64,000 nt of DNA, taken from Octopus bimaculoides (lineage: Eukaryota). The notes under the pieces are model-generated. The model had not been told where the DNA came from, searched no databases, and saw only the letters and a list, made by a program, of their open reading frames with translations. A program made the position numbers and the translations under genes. This document shows, piece after piece, positions 1 through 12,873 of this stretch (position 1 is the first letter of the stretch; every line of letters begins with the position of its first letter). The stretch lies in the NCBI RefSeq assembly GCF_001194135.2, contig NC_068998.1:900619-964618 (forward strand). Direction: 5' to 3'.

Positions 1-189
1 TATATATATATATATTGAGAAAAAAAGTCGTCAGAATTTTGGAAAAACAAATCTTTTTATTTCTTCATTATTATTAGCGCTTTCGTTCCTTTCTCGAACT
101 TGTCAAATAAAATTTTGTGAATTTACAAACAGCTTCTTCATTTATATAAAACATGCTGTGCTAGCTTGATTCATGCTTAGGCTCGTAAG

Positions 190-1400
190 AACGGTGACCT
201 GAATGCATCTGCATTCGAAACATCGGCATTTTCTAGGCTCATCACAAGTAGGTATTAGGACAGAAGCGATGTACACATTTCATGTCATAATAAGATGGAG
301 GGGGACATCTACAGACCACCAAATATTTCGACCGAAGACAGTCTTCCCAATAATCTCTGAATGGAAGAGAATTAGAAACCCCAAACCCGTCTAAAAGGCA
401 ACAAAGAATGACAGATAGAAATGTTAAGTCATTGAGGAATGAGATATTGGTAAGGTTCTGGAATCATGGGAAGCACAAGAAGAAAATCAAGACAGTTTGC
501 ATGCCAGAGTGTTTTCACTCACATTAGTATGACACGGTTAAAACTATGTCGGGCCTGCGTGGCAACATTAAGACGTGTTTGTTTGTTTGTAAGGGTTCTG
601 TCCTTGTTTTACTGCTGGGGACAACACAACCAAGCTGGACAGAAATGTCTCCGAACTTCCAACATTTGATCAAGCTCAGCTAAATTTAGAGACTTCTTCG
701 GTATAGTTGCAAGATGAAGGTACAATGGTGTGAAAGCAAGCAGCTCAACAATGTACGAGGTTAAACGAGAAATACTTGACTACTTGACTTCATGAAGTCA
801 TTCGTCATTGTACAACGGTCAGGTCTTTAGCAGAAACTCAGGAAGTTTGAATAGCTGGAAAAGTTCATATGTGAGATAGAAACTGCTAAAAACTTGAATG
901 ATGGATGAGGTGACAGAATTAAACCCCAGCTTTCACAGTTTGATGATATAATGGCAGTCGAAGAAGGCTGTCTGCTTGCGCCAATATTGTTCTCGCTTTA
1001 CCCGTCAGCAATAACCGAGAAGACATCCACCTCGATTCCATGCAACAAATTAGCGTCAGATTGTGTCTGTATGGAACAAGACAAGATCTGTTCATGGTGT
1101 TGTACTTCAAAACTAAAACCAAGACCACACATGTCACAGAAAGAGAGAGTGGGGGAAATAGAGGGGAGTGAGAGAGAGGGGGAGAGAGGGATAGAGAGAA
1201 AGATACGTTTCATGACGATTGTAGCGTTGACTGTTATGGGTACGGAGGACGTACAGAGCTTGGTGGATGCTTTTGACGATACATCCACAAAATTCGCCTT
1301 GGAAATGAACAACGACAAGACTGAAGTTCTTCGTCATCTAAGAACTGATTCAAGCCAAATGGTACAACTCGAAACCCTACGTAGGAGGGTGGATGTGTGA
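190..1400 (+). mobile_element. Decayed RTE-clade LINE fragment (endonuclease end through RT core); limits approximate
   Basis: MHLHSKHRHFL...STDHQIF resembles WMHPRSKHWHLIDY...TDHRL; AVEEGCLLAPILFSLY resembles GVKQGCVLAPTLFS; EDVQSLVDAFDDTSTKFALEMNNDKTEVL resembles EDLQ.L.D.F...FGL.I..KKTEVM. Contains frameshifts and a GA-repeat insertion. Confidence 0.75.
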
Positions 1401-1838
1401 TATACACACCTCATGGTAATTTGGAGTAATAAAACTATATAAATTTATGATATAATAATTGTAGATTGAGTGGGTTTGCTAGGTCTGTTTAGTTTGCGGC
1501 AGATTAATATATCATACCACAAAATAGAGAACTATGCTTCTCCCGACGGGAATCGCCGGTGGTTCGAGAGTCGTCCTTACTCCGGGGCAGAAACTCCATT
1601 ATTTGAGCAAAACTGCTAGAAATAATTTATAAATGGCTACAATCGGTGGAAGGAAGGAAGAGGTTGAATACTGGTGGAGGTGGGGGTGGGGGTCGGTGTG
1701 AGGATGATCTCGAGATGCTTAGAGAGGATAAGGAGATGAAGACAAAAGATGCTTTGAGTCTGAGTGATAATTGCAGATACACCCACGTACGCACACACAT
1801 ACACACACACACGTTTGTGTATGAGTCTGTCTCTCTCT

Positions 1839-1870
<32 letters not shown>

Positions 1871-2088
1871 GGAGCGGGGTAGATATATATGCATATGTAT
1901 ATAGATATATATAAATATAGACTCATACGCATGCGTGTATATGTGTGTGTATATGTGTGTGTGTGTGTATGTGTTTGTATGTGTGTGTGTCTATACACAT
2001 GTGTACTTAAGTCTATGTCCGGTCACATATATGAACATATATACGTATATATACATACATATATATTATATAATATATTTTTGTATGT

Positions 2089-2133
<45 letters not shown>

Positions 2134-2868
2134 CACACACATCTATCCATAAGTATGTGAGTGAAATCGAAACCTCATACATCCTTCTCACCCCAAACAC
2201 ATGTTTAGAATGAAGAAACTAAAGGTAAGGTAGACGTGAAAACTGATACCAGGCTTTGATTACACACACACACACACACGCATCCAACTATGACCATCAC
2301 CGCCTCTAGTGCAACTATCACTACCATCACTACTACTCTCACTACCCCCAGCATTACTTTCACCACCACCACCACCACCGCCACCACAAGCAGCTCTGCC
2401 CTCTCCCACCACCGCCACCACCACCACAACCATTTTCATCAGCACCATGTATCAATATTGTANNNNNNNNNNNNNNNNNNNNNNNNNNNNNNNNNNNNNN
2501 NNNNNNNNNNNNNNNNNNNNNNNNNNNNNNNNNNNNNNNNNNNNNNNNNNNNNNNNNNNNNNNNNNNNNNNNNNNNNNNNNNNNNNNNNNNNNNNNNNNN
2601 NNNNNNNNNNNNNNNNNNNNNNNNNNNNNNNNNNNNNNNNNNNNNNNNNNNNNNNNNNNNNNNNNNNNCCCCCCCCCAACCCCAGGTACTGGTCGGTGTT
2701 GAACAGTTCTGCTACGGGATGGCTGCAGGTACGAACATACGGGTAGTAGAGTAGTAGATAGGCAGGTACTTCTGTCGGGTAGCTAAGTAGATAGGTAGGT
2801 AGGAAGGTGAGATGATGGGTAGGTAGGTAGGTGGGTAGGGAAACGGTTCTTTTGCCCATTCCACCTTT

Positions 2869-2923
2869 CCTGATATGGTGGTGAGGGCGATGACGTCACG
2901 GTGGGCGTGGTCTGCTGAATAAA
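2869..2923 (+). promoter_or_regulatory. Putative RLC core promoter: CArG-like box, CRE palindrome, GC box, TATA-like element
   Basis: CCTGATATGG 2869-2878 (one mismatch to CC(A/T)6GG), TGACGTCA 2891-2898, GGGCGTGG 2903-2910 and AATAAA 2918-2923 lie within 55 bp, just upstream of an ATG-free stretch ending in a strong donor. Confidence 0.65.
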
Positions 2924-2944
2924 TGACTCTCCTACCCGACACCC

Positions 2945-3060
2945 AGCTCTCTAGAAGTTGAGTTGACTTGCTAGTCGTCAGATTTGCTGGTTGTCTGTAG
3001 CTTTATTCCAGACTTTGGAACTTTTTATTCTCCTTCTCTTCGTTGTACATTCAACCTAAG
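2945..3060 (+). other. MRLC: Putative non-coding first exon (5'UTR) of the RLC gene; start approximate
   Basis: Ends in AAG|GTAAGA at 3060/3061, contains no ATG, and follows the promoter motif cluster. The start-codon exon at 12854 has an acceptor, so an upstream exon is required. Confidence 0.7.
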
Positions 3061-3316
3061 GTAAGAACAACAATAATTTACGTTAACACTAACGAACACC
3101 GAGCAACAAGTATTTCATTCTTTCATTCTTCAAGTCTTTTATTCTTGTTTCTTTTTCTGTTCTTGATTTATTTCATTTTAGTATAATTTTTTCTTAGTTT
3201 CTCTTAGCTTTATTTTTTAAATAAATCTTAATATCTTCCTCTTAACTTTCAATATATGCATATATACATATAACATAATATAATATAATATAATATAATA
3301 TAATATAATATTATAT

Positions 3317-3405
<89 letters not shown>

Positions 3406-3666
3406 ATAATATATATGTATATAATATATATAATACATATATATATATATATATACACGCACACAGAAATAGATATATGTATATGTGTATGTTTGTACAT
3501 ATATATACTTGCAAACATACAAGCGTACATATAAACACACACACCATATCTATATACATTTATACATAAGTATGTATGTATGTATGTATGTATGTACGTA
3601 TGTATGTATGTATGCATAAAGTGACAAAGTGACATGGAAAAGTAATGCATTTTACTACATTATAAA

Positions 3667-3705
<39 letters not shown>

Positions 3706-4008
3706 NNNNNNNNNNNNNNNNNNNNNNNNNNNNNNNNNNNNNNNNNNNNNNNNNNNNNNNNNNNNNNNNNNNNNNNNNNNNNNNNNNNNNNNNNNNNNNN
3801 NNNNNNNNNNNNNNNNNNNNNNNNNNNNNNNNNNNNNNNNNNNNNNNNNNNNNNNNNNNNNNNNNNNNNNNNNNNNNNNNNNNNNNNNNNNNNNNNNNNN
3901 NNNNNNNNNNNNNNNNNNNNNNNNNNNNNNNNNNNNNNNNNNNNNNNNNNNNNNNNNNNNNNNNNNNNNNNNNNNNNNNNNNNNNNNNNNNNNNNNNNNN
4001 NNNNNNNN

Positions 4009-4044
<36 letters not shown>

Positions 4045-6411
4045 TATATATACATACATACACTATACACACACGCGCGCATGCATATTCATGTCTCGAA
4101 AAGCAAACAAAACTATATTCCAACAACAGATACTTTACAAGTATGCAGTCTTTAGATGTCCCTATGTAGAACTTTATCTGCTAGAACTAACAGCTAAATT
4201 TTCCTCAAATCGTACATTTCATATTTACAATGATCATTATGTTAGAAATTAAGATTAGAAATTGCTATTTAGGGTTAATAAAATTATTAGTTAATATTAG
4301 AAACTAATAGCATGATAATTAATATAATTAATTAATTATAATAATTAAGAGTATAATAATTATTTCATAGTGTTGGATGACAGGAAACCTTGTGTACCGG
4401 ACTAAACACCTTATGGTGTTCAGTTACATCCCTTTATCTTCTGAATTTAAATTCCTCTTCTTTCGTTTACCAAGACATATGGCACTGAGAGCGATGTAAA
4501 ATCTCTTCCTCCTCTGCCCTCCCCCACCTCATCATAATCAGCATTTTGAACATTGTGTTATCGAAGACGTCGTCTTTTGGATTCGTTTGTAACCATATTC
4601 TCAGGTGTAAATATTCTGCTTCTCCACGTGGTCCTGTCATTTCTGTACCACAGTAGTAGCAGCAACTCTGTATTTCATTGTTCTCAACACGTGACATAAA
4701 GTTTAAACTGGGTTAACAGGTAATCCTAGTAGGGTTCGTTTAACTTAAAAGGACCCTAGGGGACTTCTCACCTTTGAACTTCATCCCGTGACCCTTAAAT
4801 CCTCCTCTCATACCTTTTTCACAAAACATTAAAATAGAATAACTAAGAACTGAGTTATGTGATTAAAGACTGAATATTTCAATAAATCCTTTCAAAGAAA
4901 AACTTGACAAAGGGGGGGGGGATAAGTTGATTGAACCAACCCTGGTATTTTATCGATCTCTGTTCAATTAAATTCCTTGACAAGTCTGATGGAACCTTAA
5001 CAAAATGCTCTAAACCTCTTTAATCCGGTAATCACCTGTTTCTGTCATTGACACCCGTTAGATATAAAGAAATTGACAAAGAGCAAAGGTCTTTACTCCA
5101 AACATTTCTTTTGTCAAACATGTATGAACAGCATCAGGTAATTGCAACTGTTTCCAGTCGAAGTCGGTCACTGCATAAAAATCCAAACAAATACCTTATT
5201 TGATACACGAGAATTAATTAAACAATGTGTAGCGATTCTATTGGATTGTTGGGGCTTGGACATTATGTAGAAGTTCAAGAGAAAATAAAGGTACCCTTGG
5301 GTGGCTTTTGATTGGTGTTAGGATCTTTGGGACCAATCTTAAACCCTAACGAACATGACACCTTATATAAAAGTACCCTTACTAAATCGTACCCCACAAA
5401 CCCATTAAAATAGCAAGTTGATTAACATGTCTTACTAATCTTTAAGGTCCTCATTACATGAAAGCTAATGTAACCTATTTTATGGACTTGGGAAGGGCAA
5501 AACCTTAATTGGACTTAATCGATGTACCCAAGTAGATATAATAAATAGGACACCCAGGACGGCTCCTTACCGACTGCTCTACAGGAAAGAAATGATTATA
5601 GCTTCACTTTTGCAATAATACGGTCTGATGTCACCCTTACGGTAGTGCCCCTAAACTAAATGGTTTGGGATCTAGTTTCGATTCCCACTTGTTACCGTTT
5701 CGTTTCCCTGAGGCAGTCAATGGTCTTTAGAAAGACACAAATCTTACGTTCTTTTATTATATTACGACGGCCATGCTGGGGCATCGTATTCTTAGATTGT
5801 CAGTTTTATTAAGCTCAGTACTCGTAGACTGCTATTGATATAATAATGCGTGTGTGTGTGTGTGTGTGTGTACGTGTGTACGTATAGATATAATTCTTTC
5901 TCTTGTTTGACTCAGTCATCAGACTATCGGACAAAGCAAGGACACCACCTTCTGTGGCAGGATATAATCGATCATATCGACCCTTAATATTAATTTTCGT
6001 AACTGGTCATCAATCAGATGTGTCTGTTTCTTATAACACGCTCTCCTTATGTTTATGCAATAAATCAACGCAAGACATCAATGTAGAGAGTTACAGATAT
6101 GACATAGTTTATAAACGAATTTCACCAAATAAGGACTGACCCTATTGTTGTTGTTGTTATTGACCCAGATCAGCCGTGACTGAACAAACCTATGATCAAA
6201 ACCCTTCCAGCCATGACGATCACAACATTTTCTTTCTTAGATATTGTGTACCTTCCCCGAATTACATTATTTGATTTGTCCTTATTTTAAAGCTGGTAAT
6301 TTATGATGGGAAGAAGATTCGGTTGTTATTTTTAGCAGGTCGAACGACCAAATAGAGATTCCCCCTTAGGTTGTACCAAACATCCTGCTGCAGTGCCATC
6401 AGTATACATAT

Positions 6412-6500
6412 GGATATTGGTATATTGGTATATTGGTATATTGGTATATTGGTATATTGGTATATTGGTATATTGGTATATGTATATGTATATTGGTATA
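6412..6500. repeat. (GGTATATT)n 8-bp tandem repeat
   Basis: Read directly from the sequence. Confidence 0.92.
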
Positions 6501-9500
6501 TGTATATGTATATACGTGTGTATTCTGGTGTTCTGGCTAAAATGGAATTTAAGACTTTCTCTTATGAGCGTCTCTGGAGCTTTCAGGTCAGTCGACATGT
6601 ATAGCAGACTTTGCTTTCCGACTTTTACTACACCAGAGATTATTCTGGAAGCAGAGGTATTAACTCTATCATATAAGCCTCTAGCTTTATTTTGGAAGAT
6701 CTCAGTATGAAATTGATCAATTAGAGAGTCTGTTCGTGTGATTTTTTGACGAGGCTTTATTTACGCAGTCGAAATTAATTTTCAACAAATATTTTGTCGC
6801 CGAAAAAATCTGTTATAGAAAATTGAAATCTATCAATTTTGATCATTTAAATATATTATTAAAGTATGGTGCAATAAAATTTAAACAAAATTTTGAAATT
6901 AAACAAAATTTATTATAAAATCAAATGATAATAATAAATAAAACAAAATAAACATATACACACATATATATATGTGTTTATATATGTATACATTTATATA
7001 TCTGTATGTAAATGTCTCTCCCTCCCTTTCTCTCTCTCTCTCTCCCTCCCTTTCTCTCTCTCTCTCTCCCTCCNNNNNNNNNNNNNNNNNNNNNNNNNNN
7101 NNNNNNNNNNNNNNNNNNNNNNNNNNNNNNNNNNNNNNNNNNNNNNNNNNNNNNNNNNNNNNNNNNNNNNNNNNNNNNNNNNNNNNNNNNNNNNNNNNNN
7201 NNNNNNNNNNNNNNNNNNNNNNNNNNNNNNNNNNNNNNNNNNNNNNNNNNNNNNNNNNNNNNNNNNNNNNNNNNNNNNNNNNNNNNNNNNNNNNNNNNNN
7301 NNNNNNNNNNNNNNNNNNNNNNNNNNNNNNNNNNNNNNNNNNNNNNNNNNNNNNNNNNNNNNNNNNNNNNNNNNNNNNNNNNNNNNNNNNNNNNNNNNNN
7401 NNNNNNNNNNNNNNNNNNNNNNNNNNNNNNNNNNNNNNNNNNNNNNNNNNNNNNNNNNNNNNNNNNNNNNNNNNNNNNNNNNNNNNNNNNNNNNNNNNNN
7501 NNNNNNNNNNNNNNNNNNNNNNNNATATATACACACTATAAATAAGATAAAAGTGAATTTAAATTTTATGATGGGCGTATAAATATAAATTCCTGTGCAG
7601 GTACATAATTAGGAAAAAAAACTATACAAGAATTAATTGTTGAAATATACGATAGCAATTTGATCATGGACATTGAGTTGTACAGCAAACAGTTGCGTGG
7701 GTTAGAGTACCAAATGTCTAAATTATATTTTATCATCAATGTTTCGTCATTGAGTTATTTGGTATGGAACTTGGAACCTACTTTGTCCAGTAGTCTAGAA
7801 TTTGGTGACAAGTTTAATTTTTGAAATTTATGAATGAAGCAAGAGTGAGTTTGAAACCGTAACGTTAAATGTGTATGAAAGGGCAGGATGTTCTGATAGT
7901 GCGTTACATATTTAATATCTAGGATGAAAAGATTTTGAAAATTTGAGGGTTTTAAAGAGCGTCAAAGGATGTTTCATTTGTTGAGCTTTGAACTTGTTTG
8001 ATTCAATTATAAAACAAATGGGTTTAAATCTGACCCAGTTTGTCAATCAGTGTTATGTGTTGATCGTGAAATTCAAAATGAATCCAAGCTCGGCTTAAAA
8101 TGTGCGAGATTAAATATCGAGTGAGAAATATTGATTGCAGACTTTTGGGAAGAAGAATTAATCCGTCGCTCGGTTAAATACCACAACATAACACCTAGTT
8201 TACAACAACTACAACAACAAGCCAAGTAAGATAATTATGAGTCAATGAGGGATCCTTTATGTGGTCGTCCGACCGGCTAGAAATGACAGTCAAATCTCCC
8301 TCAGCTTGCACTTGACCACATTATATAAGATCACTCGGGATAATATGGTCCTGGATACCTTTCCCATAAGAAATGACAGGATGGGCATGGCGGGAATGCC
8401 TTTGATCATGAGTGTTTGGGATTAGGTGTAACCTGGGGCTATACCATCTTTAATTCGCATGTAGCAAATAAAAACTAAATCTACATTATGAAAACGTGTC
8501 CTTCCTTTTCTAAACCAGGAATGAGTGATATTGGCTGCTATTTCTAACACAACAGTCCACCACATATAGACATCGTAGCTAACTTAAAACCATCTTTAAT
8601 TTACCGATTCCCTTATCTTACGGCGCCACTTTGGTCGATTCTAGAACTATTCCATTCCTCCAGAATCCTGCTAAATTTGGTCATAACCAGAATCAAATAT
8701 ATTTTTATCATCTCTTCATTATCTCACTCCACCCTCTCCTCTCCCTCTCTCTCTCTCTCTCTTCTGCCCCTCTCTTACTTTCCTTCTTCTCTTATTCCTT
8801 TTCCGTCCATTTCTCTCTTCCTTTCCTTCTTTCTCTCTTTCTTTCTTTCTTTCTCTTCTTTTTTCCTATTTTCTTTATTACACACATATTCCACAGTTTC
8901 TCTTTCCCCCCTCTCTCTCTCTTCCCTCTCTCTCTCTTCCCTCTCTCTCTCTTCCCTCTCTCTCTCTTCNNNNNNNNNNNNNNNNNNNNNNNNNNNNNNN
9001 NNNNNNNNNNNNNNNNNNNNNNNNNNNNNNNNNNNNNNNNNNNNNNNNNNNNNNNNNNNNNNNNNNNNNNNNNNNNNNNNNNNNNNNNNNNNNNNNNNNN
9101 NNNNNNNNNNNNNNNNNNNNNNNNNNTTCCCTCTCTCTCTCTTCCCTCTCTCTCTCTTCCCTCTCTCTCTCTTCCCTCTCTCTCTCTTCCCTCTCTCTCT
9201 CTTCCCTCTCTCTCTCTTCCCTCTCTCTCTCTTCACCCTCTCTCTCTCTCGGTACCCTCCTCCCACCGCGCTTTCCTTATTCACTTCCTCTTGCTCCTCT
9301 ATTTCTCTCTCTTTCTTTTCTCTCCCCTCCCACCTTACCCCTAACCTCACCTCCTCTCTCCTTCTCATTCTCTCAGTCTCTTTTTTTCTCTCTCTCTCTC
9401 TCCCCTCTCACTCTCTTTTCGACTTTTTTCTTTTTCTTAATGCTTTCTTTTATCTTGTCTGACACCCTCCCTCAAACATACACACACACTCTCTTGCTCT

Positions 9501-11599
9501 CACTCTCACTCTCTCTCTCTCTCTCGCTCTCATTCTTTCTGTTTTTACGCCTTTTTCCTTCACCAGCTTTCTTCTACCCGTCTTGCCCACCCTCTCTCTT
9601 GAAGCTTTCCTCGGATGAAATCAGTTGTGTGTGTGTCTTTGTGCGTGTGTGTCTTTGTGTGTTTGTGTTTCTATCTCTACCTACAACCCCCCACACCCAC
9701 ATATCACACCCACACACACGTAACCTGACACTTCCAGTTGGATGAAAGTAATCTCCCCCCCCACACACACACACACTCACACTTCCGCCACACATACTTA
9801 GAGCGGAGCAGAGGCTGTTTCCAGTCCAGATGCAGCACAACGTAGGTCGTAATCCACCCGTTTAAGCATTAAAACTTATTTTAACCGACAGTGAAGGTAG
9901 TAAAGGTTTCGAATCATCTGCTATCTAGGCTGGAGGACGGACCTGTCTGCGGCCCTTCGGGAAACTATCCGGTGTGCTCAAGTCTTAAGCAGGTATTGGT
10001 TTAGGGATAATGAAGGTGTTGGGTTCCTCTTTTACCCGGAGTGTCAAGATAATAGAGATCAAATGTTTCCCGGGTACGATTTAGATTTGGAACAAGCAGC
10101 TACAGAAGTCGGTGCCATACAGAGTAAGGAGACCTCTGACGTAAATGGGAACACAGGTACCTGACAAATGATACATCGGGGGGGGGGGTCTTGTAGTTAT
10201 TTATCAATCCTAATCCACGAGATTTAATAGCAAAGGCGTTTCAGCAGTGACCACCCCATCTTCAGGCCAGACTCAGTGTATTCATAACGAGATTATTGAG
10301 TGTTTCTTCCTTTTTATAGATTATGTGATATCAGGCTGTTATTTCTAGCAGACAAAGAGACTCATGATGTCTCGTGCCTAGGTCCAGTGTTCTTTAATGA
10401 CAGTGCTTCAAATGGCCTCAACCAACGGCGTTCGATGCCAGTTTTCAGTTTTGAATTTTGGTAACAATAATGGCTTATATTTAGCAGAAGCAAACACATC
10501 AATGTTTTAAATAAAACAATCTGTGTGTGTGTAGTGGTGGTGGTGGTGGTGGGGGGGGCTGATAGATAGATAGATATGCACCATCCGGTTCTTCAGCAAA
10601 AACAAAAACAAAAAAAAACCCAGAATNNNNNNNNNNNNNNNNNNNNNNNNNNNNNNNNNNNNNNNNNNNNNNNNNNNNNNNNNNNNNNNNNNNNNNNNNN
10701 NNNNNNNNNNNNNNNNNNNNNNNNNNNNNNNNNNNNNNNNNNNNNNNNNNNNNNNNNNNNNNNNNNNNNNNNNNNNNNNNNNNNNNNNNNNNNNNNNNNN
10801 NNNNNNNNNNNNNNNNNNNNNNNNNNNNNNNNNNNNNNNNNNNNNNNNNNNNNNNNNNNNNNNNNNNNNNNNNNNNNNNNNNNNNNNNNNNNNNNNNNNN
10901 NNNNNNNNNNNNNNNNNNNNNNNNNNNNNNNNNNNNNNNNNNNNNNNNNNNNNNNNNNNNNNNNNNNNNNNNNNNNNNNNNNNNNNNNNNNNNNNNNNNN
11001 NNNNNNNNNNNNNNNNNNNNNNNNNNNNNNNNNNNNNNNNNNNNNNNNNNNNNNNNNNNNNNNNNNNNNNNNNNNNNNNNNNNNNNNNNNNNNNNNNNNN
11101 NNNNNNNNNNNNNNNNNNNNNNNNNNNNNNNNNNNNNNNNNNNNNNNNNNNNNNNNNNNNNNNNNNNNNNNNNNNNNNNNNNNNNNNNNNNNNNNNACTA
11201 CTATTACTGCCACTTCTACTAACCATCATCATCGTTATCACCACCATCACTCCCACCACCACCACCACCACCACCACCACCACCACCAAAAGTGCTACTG
11301 ACTCTATCTCTATCACTAATAATACTACAACCACCACCACCACCACCACCAACACTCATTAATACTACCAATACGATTTGTACTTTCTACTACGACATAT
11401 ACTATCACCCCCACTAGTACCAGCATCACCACTACTGTTACTGCTATTACCACTACGACAGCAGGTGGACCGAGTAAAGGCAATCGTGATCACCATCAGT
11501 AGCAGCAGCAACTGCGGCAGCAGCAGCAGCAGTAGTAGTAATAGTAGTAGTAGTAGTAGTAGTAGTAGTTACACCAGTCGTTTTTTTGTTGTTGTTATT

Positions 11600-11800
11600 T
11601 AACCCCAGGTTAGTTTGGTCAAGCAACCTTCTCCTCAAGGACATTCCAGCCTCGGCCATCTCGTCTTTATTAAGGCATAATATACCTAAAGCCATATTAA
11701 CGAAATAGCAGCTAAATTTACCTCAACTCGTACCCTGCAATCCTAAAAAAGAAGGTTACATTGGATAATATAGTCCTAGGTGTGCAGTGTCATGGTTCGA
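11600..11800 (+). mobile_element. Interspersed repeat family E (AACCCCAGGT.AG...GATCAAA.GCATTCCAGCC). Other copies: about 6160-6300(+), 8330-8440(-), 44570-44670(-)
   Basis: Homologous dispersed segments flanked by (GTT)n/(AAC)n tracts. Confidence 0.55.
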
Positions 11801-12439
11801 ACACCTTTGATTGCGTGTGACAATGACAACAACCATAGCTGGTCATACCTTTGGTGAGTCAGGAAAAGACAATGGAATTCTGTCTTTCGAAGCCATCTTT
11901 GATGGAAGATGGAGTTCTTCAGAACATCATCACTACCACCACCACAATAACAACAACTGGTACCCCTCTCCCCACCCCTTCAGTATCACTACAACCATGG
12001 CAACCAAGGTAGATTGGCAATCTTGATCAAACGTTGGACAAACTTCTGGTGGTTTTTATGTGCGACCCTTTACGTTTTGGGTTCAAATTCTTCTCAGGTC
12101 GAAAACATAAAAGCACCAATTAAATACCGGGGTCGATTATGGTGTCACCCGGGTTTCTTCAAGCAACAGATTACATATGAGAATCCCAAAGGATTCTTCC
12201 TAGAGTTGGCTGTATATCAAAGCTGATAGATATAGATACCAACAATCCAGAGCGATGGCACTCCTGTCAGACAGAGTAGCAACCCCTAAATGTTATTAAA
12301 TTTAAAAGATATAATGAGGGAGCGGGTCCACATAAATCTTACAGCTATCAGGGTTTGTGACGAGCGTGGCATTGTGGCCAAAGTATAGAAGAAAGATTGC
12401 ACCATAAATACAATCAACTAATCGCCAATCATTTTCATC

Positions 12440-12556
<117 letters not shown>

Positions 12557-12853
12557 TATACACACTCCTTTATTCACACCTACATGCATACAATATTACG
12601 TATCTATTTACTGTGAAGTTTATGCTTCACTGGAGAGGACTAATAAGTCCGAAACTAGTCCAAAGTTATCTCCCGTACTTGTTGAAATGATTAAATGATA
12701 TTTAGTGACTGAGTAATGATGTCTTTTTAATCACGACGTAATTATGTATTATTAGATTTTCAATTTCTACTACATTAATTATGTTAATATACATAAATTA
12801 TATATTAATTACCTTAATTTTTAAAACTCTGTTTTCTTTATTATATATTCCAG

Positions 12854-12873
12854 AATCAACAATGGCTGATGAC
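12854..12873 (+). CDS. MRLC: RLC start micro-exon (20 nt: 8 nt UTR + ATG GCT GAT GAC = MADD)
   Basis: ttccag|AATCAACAATGGCTGATGAC|gtaagt; phase 0; good start context (ACAATGG). Confidence 0.88.

Noticed and set aside
1530-1620. tRNA-like segment (also the heads at 54950, 61320 and 25840)
   Set aside because: No complete cloverleaf; these continue into repeat bodies and so are SINE heads, not tRNA genes.
4467-4697. 76-aa - strand ORF with CYYC motif in a non-repetitive 4.4-5.5 kb block
   Set aside because: It could be a transposase zinc-finger remnant, but I cannot assign a family; a BLASTx search is needed.
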